Origin: Bdellovibrio sp.
Lineage (GTDB): Bacteria; Bdellovibrionota; Bdellovibrionia; Bdellovibrionales; Bdellovibrionaceae
Reading direction: 5' to 3'
Assembly: GCA_046318155.1 (NCBI GenBank)
Contig: JBKCUU010000088.1
Span: forward strand, 1-38,358
DNA length: 38,358 nt
The notes beneath the pieces are model-generated. The model worked only from the letters and a program-made list of their open reading frames with translations. It did not search any database and was not told the DNA's origin. The translations under genes were made by a program, and so were the position numbers. This document shows positions 1 through 7,673 of the stretch, one piece after another (within the stretch, counting starts at the first letter, position 1; every line of letters starts with the position of its first letter).

Positions 1-4
1 GAAG

Positions 5-655
5 ATGGTGGTCTTAAGTTGGATTTTCCTGCTAAGCGTCATTATTGGATGCTTGACTTTGTGGATGCTTATGCCCTTTGGGATGCATATGATGGGCGGA
101 ATGCCCATGGGCATGCAAATGGGCATGATGGGCGGCATGCCAATGGGCATGATGGTCGCAGGTGGAAACATGATGGGAATGCCAGTGGGCATGGCGATGG
201 GAATGCCCATGCCAATGATGGCTGGCGGCGGAATGATGATGGGTGGAATGCCCATGGGAATGCAGATGGGAATGCAAATGGGCATGATGGACGGTGGTAT
301 GGGCATGCAAATGCAAATGCAGATGCAGCAGCAAATGATGCAAATGCAAATGCAGCAATACCAACAATACGTCAGCATGCAGCAGCAGCAGTTCCAACAA
401 CAGATGGCTAAGGGGCAAGTGCTGGCGGGACTTCAGCAAGAGATGTATACGCTCATGTTCCGAATGCAGCAGGTTCAAATGGGCGTGTCGACTGGTGGAT
501 ACATCGGAGTGGGAACTCCTGGAATTCCTGCTCTCCCAGGGCAACCCGGTGGAATGATGCCTGGCAGGTATCCAACGACGCCAGGTTTGTTTCCAACGAC
601 ACCTGGTTTTCCAGGGACGCCAGGGACAGGAACCGCGGTCCCGAGCTACCGTTGA
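5..655 (+). CDS. Met/Gly/Gln-rich low-complexity protein, probably the C-terminal part of a longer gene (5' end uncertain at window edge)
   Basis: Repeated MMGGMPMGMQMG units, a Q/M-rich helix (QQQMMQMQMQQYQQY...LQQEMYTLMFRMQQVQ) and a Pro/Gly/Thr tail. The frame is open back to the window start. Confidence 0.75.
   Translation: MVVLSWIFLLSVIIGCLTLWMLMPFGMHMMGGMPMGMQMGMMGGMPMGMMVAGGNMMGMPVGMAMGMPMPMMAGGGMMMGGMPMGMQMGMQMGMMDGGMGMQMQMQMQQQMMQMQMQQYQQYVSMQQQQFQQQMAKGQVLAGLQQEMYTLMFRMQQVQMGVSTGGYIGVGTPGIPALPGQPGGMMPGRYPTTPGLFPTTPGFPGTPGTGTAVPSYR
89..350 (+). repeat. Imperfect coding tandem repeat (atgatgggcggaatgcccatgggcatgcaaatgggc-like units, then atgcaa/atgcag runs)
   Basis: Units at about 89, 125 and 236 differ mainly at synonymous third positions. 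Confidence 0.8.
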
Positions 656-1584
656 TGATTGACCACTTCATTCGAATTGATTCTTAGTTTCTTACCACTG
701 GCCGACAAAGCTAAGAATCCCAATCCGACCGCGACGGCGGTCCAAAGCAAAGTTTTCTTCGTATTAAAGGAAGTTTGCGATGTCACCGAAGTGTCATGAT
801 AGATCGGTGCTTGGGTCAGCCCCGTTCCTTGACAAGAAAAATCAAAGAAGGCCATTTTATCGTTGGGTGCAAATCCAAAGTCTCTGATGTCTGGAGATTC
901 GCAAGTGCCCGCAACCCAGTTTTGCGATTCGGAATGAAGCTGAACCTGCGCCTCAGCCCAAGTTCCATAGATGATACGCGGTTTCCACTGACTCGAAATC
1001 AGGATCCATTGCCCTTGGTCGGTGGCCTGTAATGGTAGCTGCTCGGACCACTTGACGCCATTCCAAAAAATCATGGCGTCTTCGCCTCCCGGTAAAGCTT
1101 GAAGACGGCCCATGGAGGCTTTGATTTCGGACTGAAGAAGAGTTGGGTTTTGGTTCCAACCGCGCACGGGGCCATCAGTTTTAGAAAGTGTCGCCAGTTG
1201 CCGCAGATAATCTTGGCGAGCAGGCCCTTCGGTGAGCTGGACTAATTTTTCTAAGACAGACTTCATAGTTTCACGCACGGCAAGCGTGCAGGGCTCGTGC
1301 TGGGCCATAAGTAAAAAGCTTTGATACTCTTGAACCGTCTCAGAAGGGACTTCGCTGACGCGGAGGAGTACTCGATCTAATTTTAAGCGCAGATCGCTGG
1401 GAAGATCAGCGGCTTTGAGGCGAGCCGCCATCAGATCTTGAGGACTTAGTCGAAATGAATTCCCTAGCATGGCTTCTCGGTATTTCGGGTAAGACGACCC
1501 CGGTGCGCGAAACACCGTCGTCTGAGCAAAAGACTGTGAGCAGATGCAAGTGAGACATAAGAACATTTTGACAGCATTTTTCAT
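646..1584 (-). CDS. Exported hypothetical protein with C-terminal membrane anchor; last gene of the Flp/Tad cassette
   Basis: Signal-peptide-like N-terminus (MKNAVKMFLCLTCICSQSFA), C-terminal hydrophobic stretch TLLWTAVAVGLGFLAL followed by KK, ATGA overlap with upstream gene. Confidence 0.75.
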   Translation of the reverse strand: MKNAVKMFLCLTCICSQSFAQTTVFRAPGSSYPKYREAMLGNSFRLSPQDLMAARLKAADLPSDLRLKLDRVLLRVSEVPSETVQEYQSFLLMAQHEPCTLAVRETMKSVLEKLVQLTEGPARQDYLRQLATLSKTDGPVRGWNQNPTLLQSEIKASMGRLQALPGGEDAMIFWNGVKWSEQLPLQATDQGQWILISSQWKPRIIYGTWAEAQVQLHSESQNWVAGTCESPDIRDFGFAPNDKMAFFDFSCQGTGLTQAPIYHDTSVTSQTSFNTKKTLLWTAVAVGLGFLALSASGKKLRINSNEVVNHQR

Positions 1585-2087
1585 GGAGCATCTCCGGGTA
1601 AAAATTGAATTCGAGTTCGCTTGTGTTTCTTATTGATGAGTTGTGATCCTCGGGCGTGGGCGCGGCTTAGAACCACTGCCATCAAAGGATTGGGCTGGCC
1701 TAAGAGGAGTGCGGCCTCATCGGAAGGTACCAGGGCCGAAAATTGCTCGGGGTTTTGGGGAGATCGGATGAGCTTTATTTTTTTACCAACGAGAGTGCCT
1801 TTGGTTATTCCATCAAACGACGTTGTATAGAGGTTGACGATCGCAAAAGATCCAATCAGTGATTGAAGAGCTTCACTGTTTTGAATCTGTAAAGGTACTA
1901 AAGAGAGTCCCTCAGGAATGTATTCATCTGCTGAGGCGACTTGCTCCTTTCCTGCAGCCAGCACCGGTTCGATCGACTGAAAGTGATAAAAGGAGAGCAT
2001 CACGATAAGCCCCAAACCGACGATCAGGCTCATCCGGTTTCGAGGATTTTGAAACCAAGTTTGAAAATGTTTTTTAAGATCGTTCAT
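1581..2087 (-). CDS. CpaB/RcpC-like Flp pilus accessory membrane protein
   Basis: One N-terminal TM helix, then YIPEGLSLVPLQIQNSEALQSLIGSFAIVNLY resembling the CpaB C-terminal domain; located in a pilin cassette. Confidence 0.55.
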   Translation of the reverse strand: MNDLKKHFQTWFQNPRNRMSLIVGLGLIVMLSFYHFQSIEPVLAAGKEQVASADEYIPEGLSLVPLQIQNSEALQSLIGSFAIVNLYTTSFDGITKGTLVGKKIKLIRSPQNPEQFSALVPSDEAALLLGQPNPLMAVVLSRAHARGSQLINKKHKRTRIQFLPGDAP

Positions 2088-2368
2088 TTTGCTCTCCGTT
2101 TATAATTTTTTTGCATGGCATTTTCGACCGAGGACATCCGAGTGTGCAGGGACCAAAGGATTGAAGCTAAGAGGACGGTTAAAACCAGCGCCTCAAAAAG
2201 AATTTGTCCTCGTTGAGACGAACCCGAAACGTCTGACTGTTTTTTTCTCGCTCCTGGAGGGTGACCTGACAGTTCTGCGGCTTGCTCCAAGTGAGGTTGT
2301 TCCATTTGCTGGCCGTGATTTTTGTCCATGTTTGCTTGTCCTTTGTGATTCCGTAATGGATCTTCCAA
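2084..2368 (-). CDS. Short TadE-like minor pilin (start codon uncertain)
   Basis: Class III signal QRG|QILFE with Glu+5, followed by hydrophobic ALVLTVLLASILW; ATGA-coupled to the next gene. Confidence 0.65.
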   Translation of the reverse strand: MEDPLRNHKGQANMDKNHGQQMEQPHLEQAAELSGHPPGARKKQSDVSGSSQRGQILFEALVLTVLLASILWSLHTRMSSVENAMQKNYKRRAK

Positions 2369-3165
2369 GAAAGAGACTGAGCTTGGAGAATCGAAAATGG
2401 CTGACGCAACTCGTACTCCGGATAGGTGTCCTGAACATCCGCGCGCCGGACTGCCAGTAGCGGGAGGGAGGAGCCATCAAATTGACCGCGCAAGGATTGC
2501 AAAAGTTGGCCTTGGGCTTGTTGCTGACGCTGCCATGATTCTTTGATGAGAGATTTGGCTTCACGTAGGCCCTTTTGCAGGTGTTGAGACCCTTCAATCA
2601 GAAGCGCTTTTTGGCGGAGCCGATAGAAATCCAGCATTCGGATCGAGAGCTGGTACTGGCGCCGAGCTAACTCCAGTGCGGCGGGATTCACAGTCATGCT
2701 TCCCGCTGAGAGAATGATCAAAGCGGTCTTGCGCATGCCCTTCCAAAGACGAATGGGGCCATTGAGGGCGAGAAGTTGTTCGATGGACTGTCCGGCTTTT
2801 TTTTGAGCTTCGGCCAGCTCGGCTTGGCAAATCATTTGGGACTCGCGCTCAGCCAGAACGCCGCCCGCGTGAGCAAACAACAAGACTGATGCCGTGATCA
2901 AGACTGGAAGAAGAATCAAAGCAAAGACTGTCGCAAAGCCGCTATCGGAAGGTGACCGAGGGGAGAGGGCTTTGCGCCTGCAAGTGCCATGAGAGCGGGA
3001 ACTGCCCCCAGCGAGCGCGAACAACGAGGTGAGCCTTGGGAGCCCGGAACCAACCTGAAATTTGCACATGAGAGAACCCTCCAAGGTCGAGCAAGGACTG
3101 AAGACCCTTTCGGGCTTTCCACAGGCATTCGGGCTGACGGGCGGTGCTGTGGTGACAAGAGGCAA
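2179..3165 (-). CDS. TadG-like minor pilin (true start probably downstream of 3165)
   Basis: SDSG|FATVFALILLPVLITASVLL prepilin-like segment without Glu+5, then a helical domain. The N-terminal ~70 codons overlap the upstream gene. Confidence 0.6.
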   Translation of the reverse strand: MPLVTTAPPVSPNACGKPERVFSPCSTLEGSLMCKFQVGSGLPRLTSLFALAGGSSRSHGTCRRKALSPRSPSDSGFATVFALILLPVLITASVLLFAHAGGVLAERESQMICQAELAEAQKKAGQSIEQLLALNGPIRLWKGMRKTALIILSAGSMTVNPAALELARRQYQLSIRMLDFYRLRQKALLIEGSQHLQKGLREAKSLIKESWQRQQQAQGQLLQSLRGQFDGSSLPLLAVRRADVQDTYPEYELRQPFSILQAQSLSWKIHYGITKDKQTWTKITASKWNNLTWSKPQNCQVTLQEREKNSQTFRVRLNEDKFFLRRWF

Positions 3166-3283
3166 AGTCTTCGGTCGCCTTGATCATCGAGAGGCGAAGC
3201 CCTGAGAGCGCCATCGTGGTGATGATCAGCAGAACAAGGCCGATGAGGACCGGAAAGGTGACAAGACTTTCAGTCGTGCTCAT
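2942..3283 (-). CDS. TadE-like pilin-related protein
   Basis: ATG at 3283 overlaps the flp stop (TAATG). MSTTESLVTFPVLIGLVLLII has Glu at position 5 then a TM helix; a Cys pair follows. An alternative TTG start lies at 3328. Confidence 0.6.
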   Translation of the reverse strand: MSTTESLVTFPVLIGLVLLIITTMALSGLRLSMIKATEDFASCHHSTARQPECLWKARKGLQSLLDLGGFSHVQISGWFRAPKAHLVVRARWGQFPLSWHLQAQSPLPSVTFR

Positions 3284-3552
3284 TACTGAGCTCCGGTCAT
3301 AAAGTCGCTCATGTCCTTTTTTCGCCAATTGGTTTCGATGACTTTGACGTCGCCGATTTCTTTTTCGGCTTTGGCTCCCAAAGCCTTTGCGACTTCAGCG
3401 AATTTGACTTGAACGCTTTGGCCCACAACGCGCATGACTGACATTGTGGCGACGGCAACGAGTGCCACGATGATGAGATACTCAACGAGACCCTGTCCGC
3501 GTTGGTTCCCAATGGTTTTGACGACTGACCATTTTTTTTTTGAGTTTGCCAT
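3283..3552 (-). CDS. flp: Flp family type IVb (Tad) major pilin
   Basis: Canonical Flp motif QRG|QGLVEYLIIVALVAVA; strong GGAGG RBS upstream of the ATG. Confidence 0.92.
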   Translation of the reverse strand: MANSKKKWSVVKTIGNQRGQGLVEYLIIVALVAVATMSVMRVVGQSVQVKFAEVAKALGAKAEKEIGDVKVIETNWRKKDMSDFMTGAQ

Positions 3553-3617
3553 GAAGCCTCCTGAGCAGAGGACTTAGCAAAGAGGGGGCACTCACTGACT
3601 CTGATTACATGAGGCGA

Positions 3618-3648
3618 GTATCCGAACCTGGGCTCAAGCTTCGGACAC
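3618..3648 (-). other. Stem-loop between the H1-like gene and flp
   Basis: Minus strand GTGTCCGAAGCTTG-AGCC-CAGGTTCGGATAC forms about 13 bp with G-U pairs and one bulge; no U-tract. Confidence 0.5.
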
Positions 3649-3668
3649 GGACGCTTTCGGAGATCTGA

Positions 3669-4169
3669 TTATTTTTTCTTTGGTTTTGCTTTGCTAGGTT
3701 TTGCCTTTGCCGCCGATTTTGCGGTCGATTTTGTGGCGACTTTTGGCGCCGGCTTTTTAGCGGCAGCCGCCTTCAGAGGTTTGGTGGCAACTTTAGGTTC
3801 GGGCTTTGCGGTCGCCTTCGGGGGAGCAGGCTTCGCTTCACTCTTTGCTGGTTTCGCAGCGACTTTGGCCTTTTCAACTTCTTTGGCTTTTTGAGCGGCC
3901 GCTTTGGCAGCCGCTTTTTCCGCTTCCTTCATGGCCTTCGATGCTTCTTTAACAGCTGCCTTTTCGGCCGCTTTTTTGGCTTTGCGGCCTTGAATGATGC
4001 GGTCGAGAATTTCATAGGCCTCACGGTAGAGATCGTTTTCAAAGATAAAGCGATAGAAGCCTTCAATCTCGGGAGACTGACGGAATTTTTTCATCGAGGT
4101 GGGAAGTGACTCGGACTGAACGAAGTCGATCGAACTTCCGTCTTTCGAAAGCTTTACTTTTTCTGACAT
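3669..4169 (-). CDS. Small helical domain fused to a Lys/Ala/Pro-rich histone-H1-like tail
   Basis: GGAGG RBS before ATG 4169 (MSEKVKLSKDG...); the C-terminal ~100 aa are AAKKPAPKVATKSTAKSAAKAKPSKAKPKKK-type sequence. Confidence 0.8.
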   Translation of the reverse strand: MSEKVKLSKDGSSIDFVQSESLPTSMKKFRQSPEIEGFYRFIFENDLYREAYEILDRIIQGRKAKKAAEKAAVKEASKAMKEAEKAAAKAAAQKAKEVEKAKVAAKPAKSEAKPAPPKATAKPEPKVATKPLKAAAAKKPAPKVATKSTAKSAAKAKPSKAKPKKK

Positions 4170-4244
4170 GGTGCCTCCATTTTGCCTGGCGATGACCATA
4201 AAACGGGCAAGACTTCGGGTCAAGAAAGATGGTAAGAGCTGAGC

Positions 4245-5099
4245 ATGCAAATTCTTGATGGAAAACTGGTTTCACAGGCGCGGCAAGCAACTTTGAAGCC
4301 TCGGATTGAACGCTTTCTTGAAAAAGCGGGGCGAGCGCCCCACTTGGTGGTTGTTTTGGTCGGCAGCGTGGTCGCCAGCCAGGTCTATGTGCGCAACAAA
4401 GAGAAGTCTTGCGCCGATGTTGGGATCAAATCGACCCGGATTGATTTGCCCGAAACGGTAACCCAGAGCGAGTTTAACACGGTTTTGGACAGGCTGAATC
4501 AAGATGATAGCGTTGATGGCGTGTTGGTTCAACTCCCGTTGCCCAAGAGTCTCGATGCAGACGAGATCAACCGCCGGCTGTTGCCCGAAAAAGATGCGGA
4601 TGGTTTTACCTTTCAAACCCTTGGACATCTTTGGTCGGGACAAAAAATTGTGGCGCCCTGTACGCCTCAAGGCGTGATGAGTATTTTGGAGCACTATCAG
4701 ATTCCGATCGCGGGTAAAACGGCAGTCGTTGTTGGTCGCAGCATGATTGTCGGTAAACCGATGGCCTATTTGCTGACCGAGGCAGATGCTACGGTGACGG
4801 TCTGCCATTCGCGGACACCGAACACGGGTGATTTTACTCGCAACGCTGACATCGTTGTCGTCGCCGCCGGAAAAAAGCATTTGCTCGGTAAAGATGATTT
4901 TAAGCAAGGCGCGGTCGTGATTGATGTCGGTATGCATGGCACCGGAGATGGCAAAGGTTTAGCCGGGGATGTTCGATTGGGTGAACTCGAGGGCTGGGTG
5001 AGTGCGGCGACGCCAGTGCCTGGTGGAGTTGGTCCCATGACGATTACGACTCTCTTAGAAAATACCGTTTTGCTCGCTGAGCGCCGGCAGGGTCTTTAA
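4245..5099 (+). CDS. folD: Bifunctional methylenetetrahydrofolate dehydrogenase/cyclohydrolase
   Basis: YVRNK, GVLVQLPLP, EKDADG, PCTPQG, VVGRSMIVGKP and TPVPGGVGPMT motifs. Confidence 0.97.
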   Translation: MQILDGKLVSQARQATLKPRIERFLEKAGRAPHLVVVLVGSVVASQVYVRNKEKSCADVGIKSTRIDLPETVTQSEFNTVLDRLNQDDSVDGVLVQLPLPKSLDADEINRRLLPEKDADGFTFQTLGHLWSGQKIVAPCTPQGVMSILEHYQIPIAGKTAVVVGRSMIVGKPMAYLLTEADATVTVCHSRTPNTGDFTRNADIVVVAAGKKHLLGKDDFKQGAVVIDVGMHGTGDGKGLAGDVRLGELEGWVSAATPVPGGVGPMTITTLLENTVLLAERRQGL

Positions 5100-5101
5100 G
5101 A

Positions 5102-6283
5102 ATGATCCTGACGCCTTCACATTTCTTAAATTTCTTGGTTTTGACATTCCTGTTGTTCACCAGTGCTTGCGCCACGTCGACGGCTTCGACGGCATCGCCA
5201 GCCGCGAGTCGGCCCGAGAAAAAAGGCACTGAGCTCGCGATCCCGTCGACGACGACAGAAATCAAACTCGAATTTCTTGGAAAACTTGAGTGGCCTGCAA
5301 GTCAGATGTTCAAAAAAACATCGATCGGGGGATTATCAGGTGCCGCTTATAATCCTGATACGCAATCTTGGGTCGTAGTCTCTGACGATCGTGGACGAAA
5401 ACAAGAGCCGCGTTTTTATGAACTTAAGATAACGGCTGAACCCTTCAAAGCAGAACCACTGAAAGTTCATTTTCTTCACAAGAAGGGTCAGACACGTTGG
5501 CAGCCCAATGTTCTTGATTGTGAAAGTATCACCCTCTTACCCTGGGCGAATTATCTGATTTCGTCTGAAGGTGATCTGAATCGCAAACCTCGCCTTGGGC
5601 CTTCGCTTCTGGACGTCAAGCTTGATGGGACCGTTGCGCGAACTTTTGATTTGCCCGAGATCATGCTGCCCGAGCCCTCAGGCGTTCAGACCAAAGGCAT
5701 CCAAAATAATATGGGGCCCGAGGGGCTCACTTCGTCGGATGATCATCGCTTTTTATGGGTCGCCATCGAAGGGCCACTGGTGCAAGAACGTCAGGCGGCT
5801 CCGGATACGATTCGGATCGTTCAATATGAAATGCCAGAAGCTTGGATCATCAAACCAACGACGCAATTTTTGTATGAGTTGGATGGCCGGCGTGAAGGTG
5901 AGTTGATTTCAGTTCGCGGGGTTTCAGAAATTTTTTGGGTGCGAGATCAAGTGCTCTGGGTGATGGAGCGGGGACTTGAAGTCAATTTGCAAGGACTCAA
6001 TCACGATGTTCGAATTTATGAGGTTGATTTGGCGGCTGGCCACCATGAAGTTCTCAAAAAGAAACTCATTTTAGATGCGAGCAAGGTGCAAAAAAAACTT
6101 CCTAACTTTGAAGTGATGGTCGGCGGCCCCCCTCTTGCGGATGGGCGCAAAACCTTGGTTCTCATCAGTGATAATAATTTTCAGAAATCTGAGTCGACGC
6201 AGTTTTGGTTGTTTGCTCGAAATGAAAAAGTGATCGAAAAAGAAACCGACAAGGGAACTGAAAAAGTTGGAGCAAAACAATGA
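5102..6283 (+). CDS. Esterase-like activity of phytase family lipoprotein (beta-propeller)
   Basis: Lipobox TSAC; GGLSG, VSDDRG, ISSEG, NNMGPEGLT and LISDNNF...TQF motifs. Confidence 0.88.
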   Translation: MILTPSHFLNFLVLTFLLFTSACATSTASTASPAASRPEKKGTELAIPSTTTEIKLEFLGKLEWPASQMFKKTSIGGLSGAAYNPDTQSWVVVSDDRGRKQEPRFYELKITAEPFKAEPLKVHFLHKKGQTRWQPNVLDCESITLLPWANYLISSEGDLNRKPRLGPSLLDVKLDGTVARTFDLPEIMLPEPSGVQTKGIQNNMGPEGLTSSDDHRFLWVAIEGPLVQERQAAPDTIRIVQYEMPEAWIIKPTTQFLYELDGRREGELISVRGVSEIFWVRDQVLWVMERGLEVNLQGLNHDVRIYEVDLAAGHHEVLKKKLILDASKVQKKLPNFEVMVGGPPLADGRKTLVLISDNNFQKSESTQFWLFARNEKVIEKETDKGTEKVGAKQ

Positions 6284-7605
6284 CGATTTGGCGGTTGCAA
6301 CAGGGTGCGGACAAGCGCGTGCGCGGTGGACATCCTTGGATTTTTTCGAACGAGTTGTCAGTTTCGCCCAAAGGACACATTCCGGGCGCATCGATTACGT
6401 TGCAGGACTCGAAAGGCGCTTTTCTCGCGCATGGTTACGGCAATCCTCATTCGCTGATTGCGTTTCGAGCCGTCAGCTTTGATCAAAAAGCTGAAGATTG
6501 CTTAGCCGTCGAGAGTTTGGTTCAAAAAGTCATTTCGGCCTGGGGGCACCGGCGCTTACTGGGGTACCAGCATTCGTTTCGCTTGGTTTTTGGCGAATGT
6601 GATTTTTTACCCGGACTTGTCATCGATCGCTACCTGCTTGAGTCCGGTCAGCAAGTCTTGGCGATTCAGATCTCAACAGCCGGGATGGAAAAAGCGCTGG
6701 CGGACATCGAGTATTTTTCTCGGCGTGTGGTTGAAGAAGCGTTTGAGACGGGACTTTGTCGCATCAACTGGGCGAACTCTTGCGTGGTTTTGCGTGCGGA
6801 CATGAATGTGCGTAAGCTTGAAGGCCTTGAGGTCAAACAACCTCTGGTCATCAAGGCAATCGAGGGCGTGGATCTAAAAAATTCGTGGGTCCACGTTGAT
6901 GCTATTGGTTTTTCGCCCAACGAGGGGCAGAGTCTGAAAGGTGCTGAAAAACCCATCGCGATGAAGTGCGATCTTTTCGAAGGTCAGAAGACCGGATTTT
7001 TCTTGGACCAATCCTGGAACATCGAAATCTTGGGGCAACTTTTGAAACGTAATCCTCACTTTGAGTCGCCCGTTCGAATTCTTGATCTGTGTTGCTATGT
7101 CGGCCAGTGGTCAACGAAGCTGACTCGGCTCCTCAAGAACATGGGGTTTGAGGTTGAAGTTGAGTTGGTTGACGTTTCGGCCAGTGCTCTGGCTTTTGCG
7201 AAAGAAAATGCGGAGCGCGAGGGCGCACGTGTTTTGGCTCGCGAGCTGGATGTGATGGAAGAGCTCGGTAAATTACCCGATCGCCACTACGACATTGTCA
7301 TCGCGGATCCTCCGGCTTTTATTAAATCAAAAAAAGACCTTCCGATCGGCAAGCATGCGTACCTGAAGTTCAACACGCAGGCGTTTCGCTTGGCGAATAA
7401 AGGTGGGCTTGTCGTTTCGTGCTCGTGCTCGGGACTGTTGCCTGAGGAAGAACTTAAAGACGCGGTTCGCAAATCGATTCAGCGAAATCATCTTCAAGCC
7501 CGAGTCGTCGGCAAAGGTGGTCATGCTCCGGATCACCCGACTCTCGTGAGTTTTCCTGAAAGCGCGTACCTGAAGATGCTCGTACATCAAGTCGCCTTTC
7601 ATTAG
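6280..7605 (+). CDS. rlmI: RlmI-family rRNA m5C methyltransferase (PUA plus SAM domain)
   Basis: GHPWIFSNE, GECDFLPGLVIDRY, GQKTGFFLDQ, DPPAF, SCSCS and DHP...PESAYLK motifs. Confidence 0.9.
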   Translation: MTIWRLQQGADKRVRGGHPWIFSNELSVSPKGHIPGASITLQDSKGAFLAHGYGNPHSLIAFRAVSFDQKAEDCLAVESLVQKVISAWGHRRLLGYQHSFRLVFGECDFLPGLVIDRYLLESGQQVLAIQISTAGMEKALADIEYFSRRVVEEAFETGLCRINWANSCVVLRADMNVRKLEGLEVKQPLVIKAIEGVDLKNSWVHVDAIGFSPNEGQSLKGAEKPIAMKCDLFEGQKTGFFLDQSWNIEILGQLLKRNPHFESPVRILDLCCYVGQWSTKLTRLLKNMGFEVEVELVDVSASALAFAKENAEREGARVLARELDVMEELGKLPDRHYDIVIADPPAFIKSKKDLPIGKHAYLKFNTQAFRLANKGGLVVSCSCSGLLPEEELKDAVRKSIQRNHLQARVVGKGGHAPDHPTLVSFPESAYLKMLVHQVAFH

Positions 7606-7628
7606 AGATAAGAGATAACAGTTAGGGG

Positions 7629-7663
7629 AATAAAAAAGGCCGGGGTGACCCTTTTTTTTATTT
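7629..7663. terminator. Probable bidirectional intrinsic terminator
   Basis: aataaaaaaggccggggtgaccctttttttta: short GC stem flanked by A and T tracts, between convergent genes. Confidence 0.7.
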
Positions 7664-7673
7664 TGAACTAAAT

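Noticed and set aside
89..350. Direct repeats as a possible CRISPR array
   Set aside because: The repeats are coding, degenerate at third positions, lack unique spacers, and no cas genes are present.
19..544. Alternative-frame ORFs rich in His/Asn/Asp/Ala (19-411 +, 32-544 -) that look like His-rich metal binders
   Set aside because: They are frame and antisense shadows of the ATG-rich Met/Gly repeat; synonymous variation favours frame 2.
3576..3592. Sigma54-like element upstream of flp (GTGCCCCCTCTTTGCT, minus strand)
   Set aside because: It has TG rather than the invariant GG at -24.
4170..4250. N-terminal extension of the 3669-4250 ORF
   Set aside because: It overlaps the folD start, and a strong RBS marks ATG 4169.
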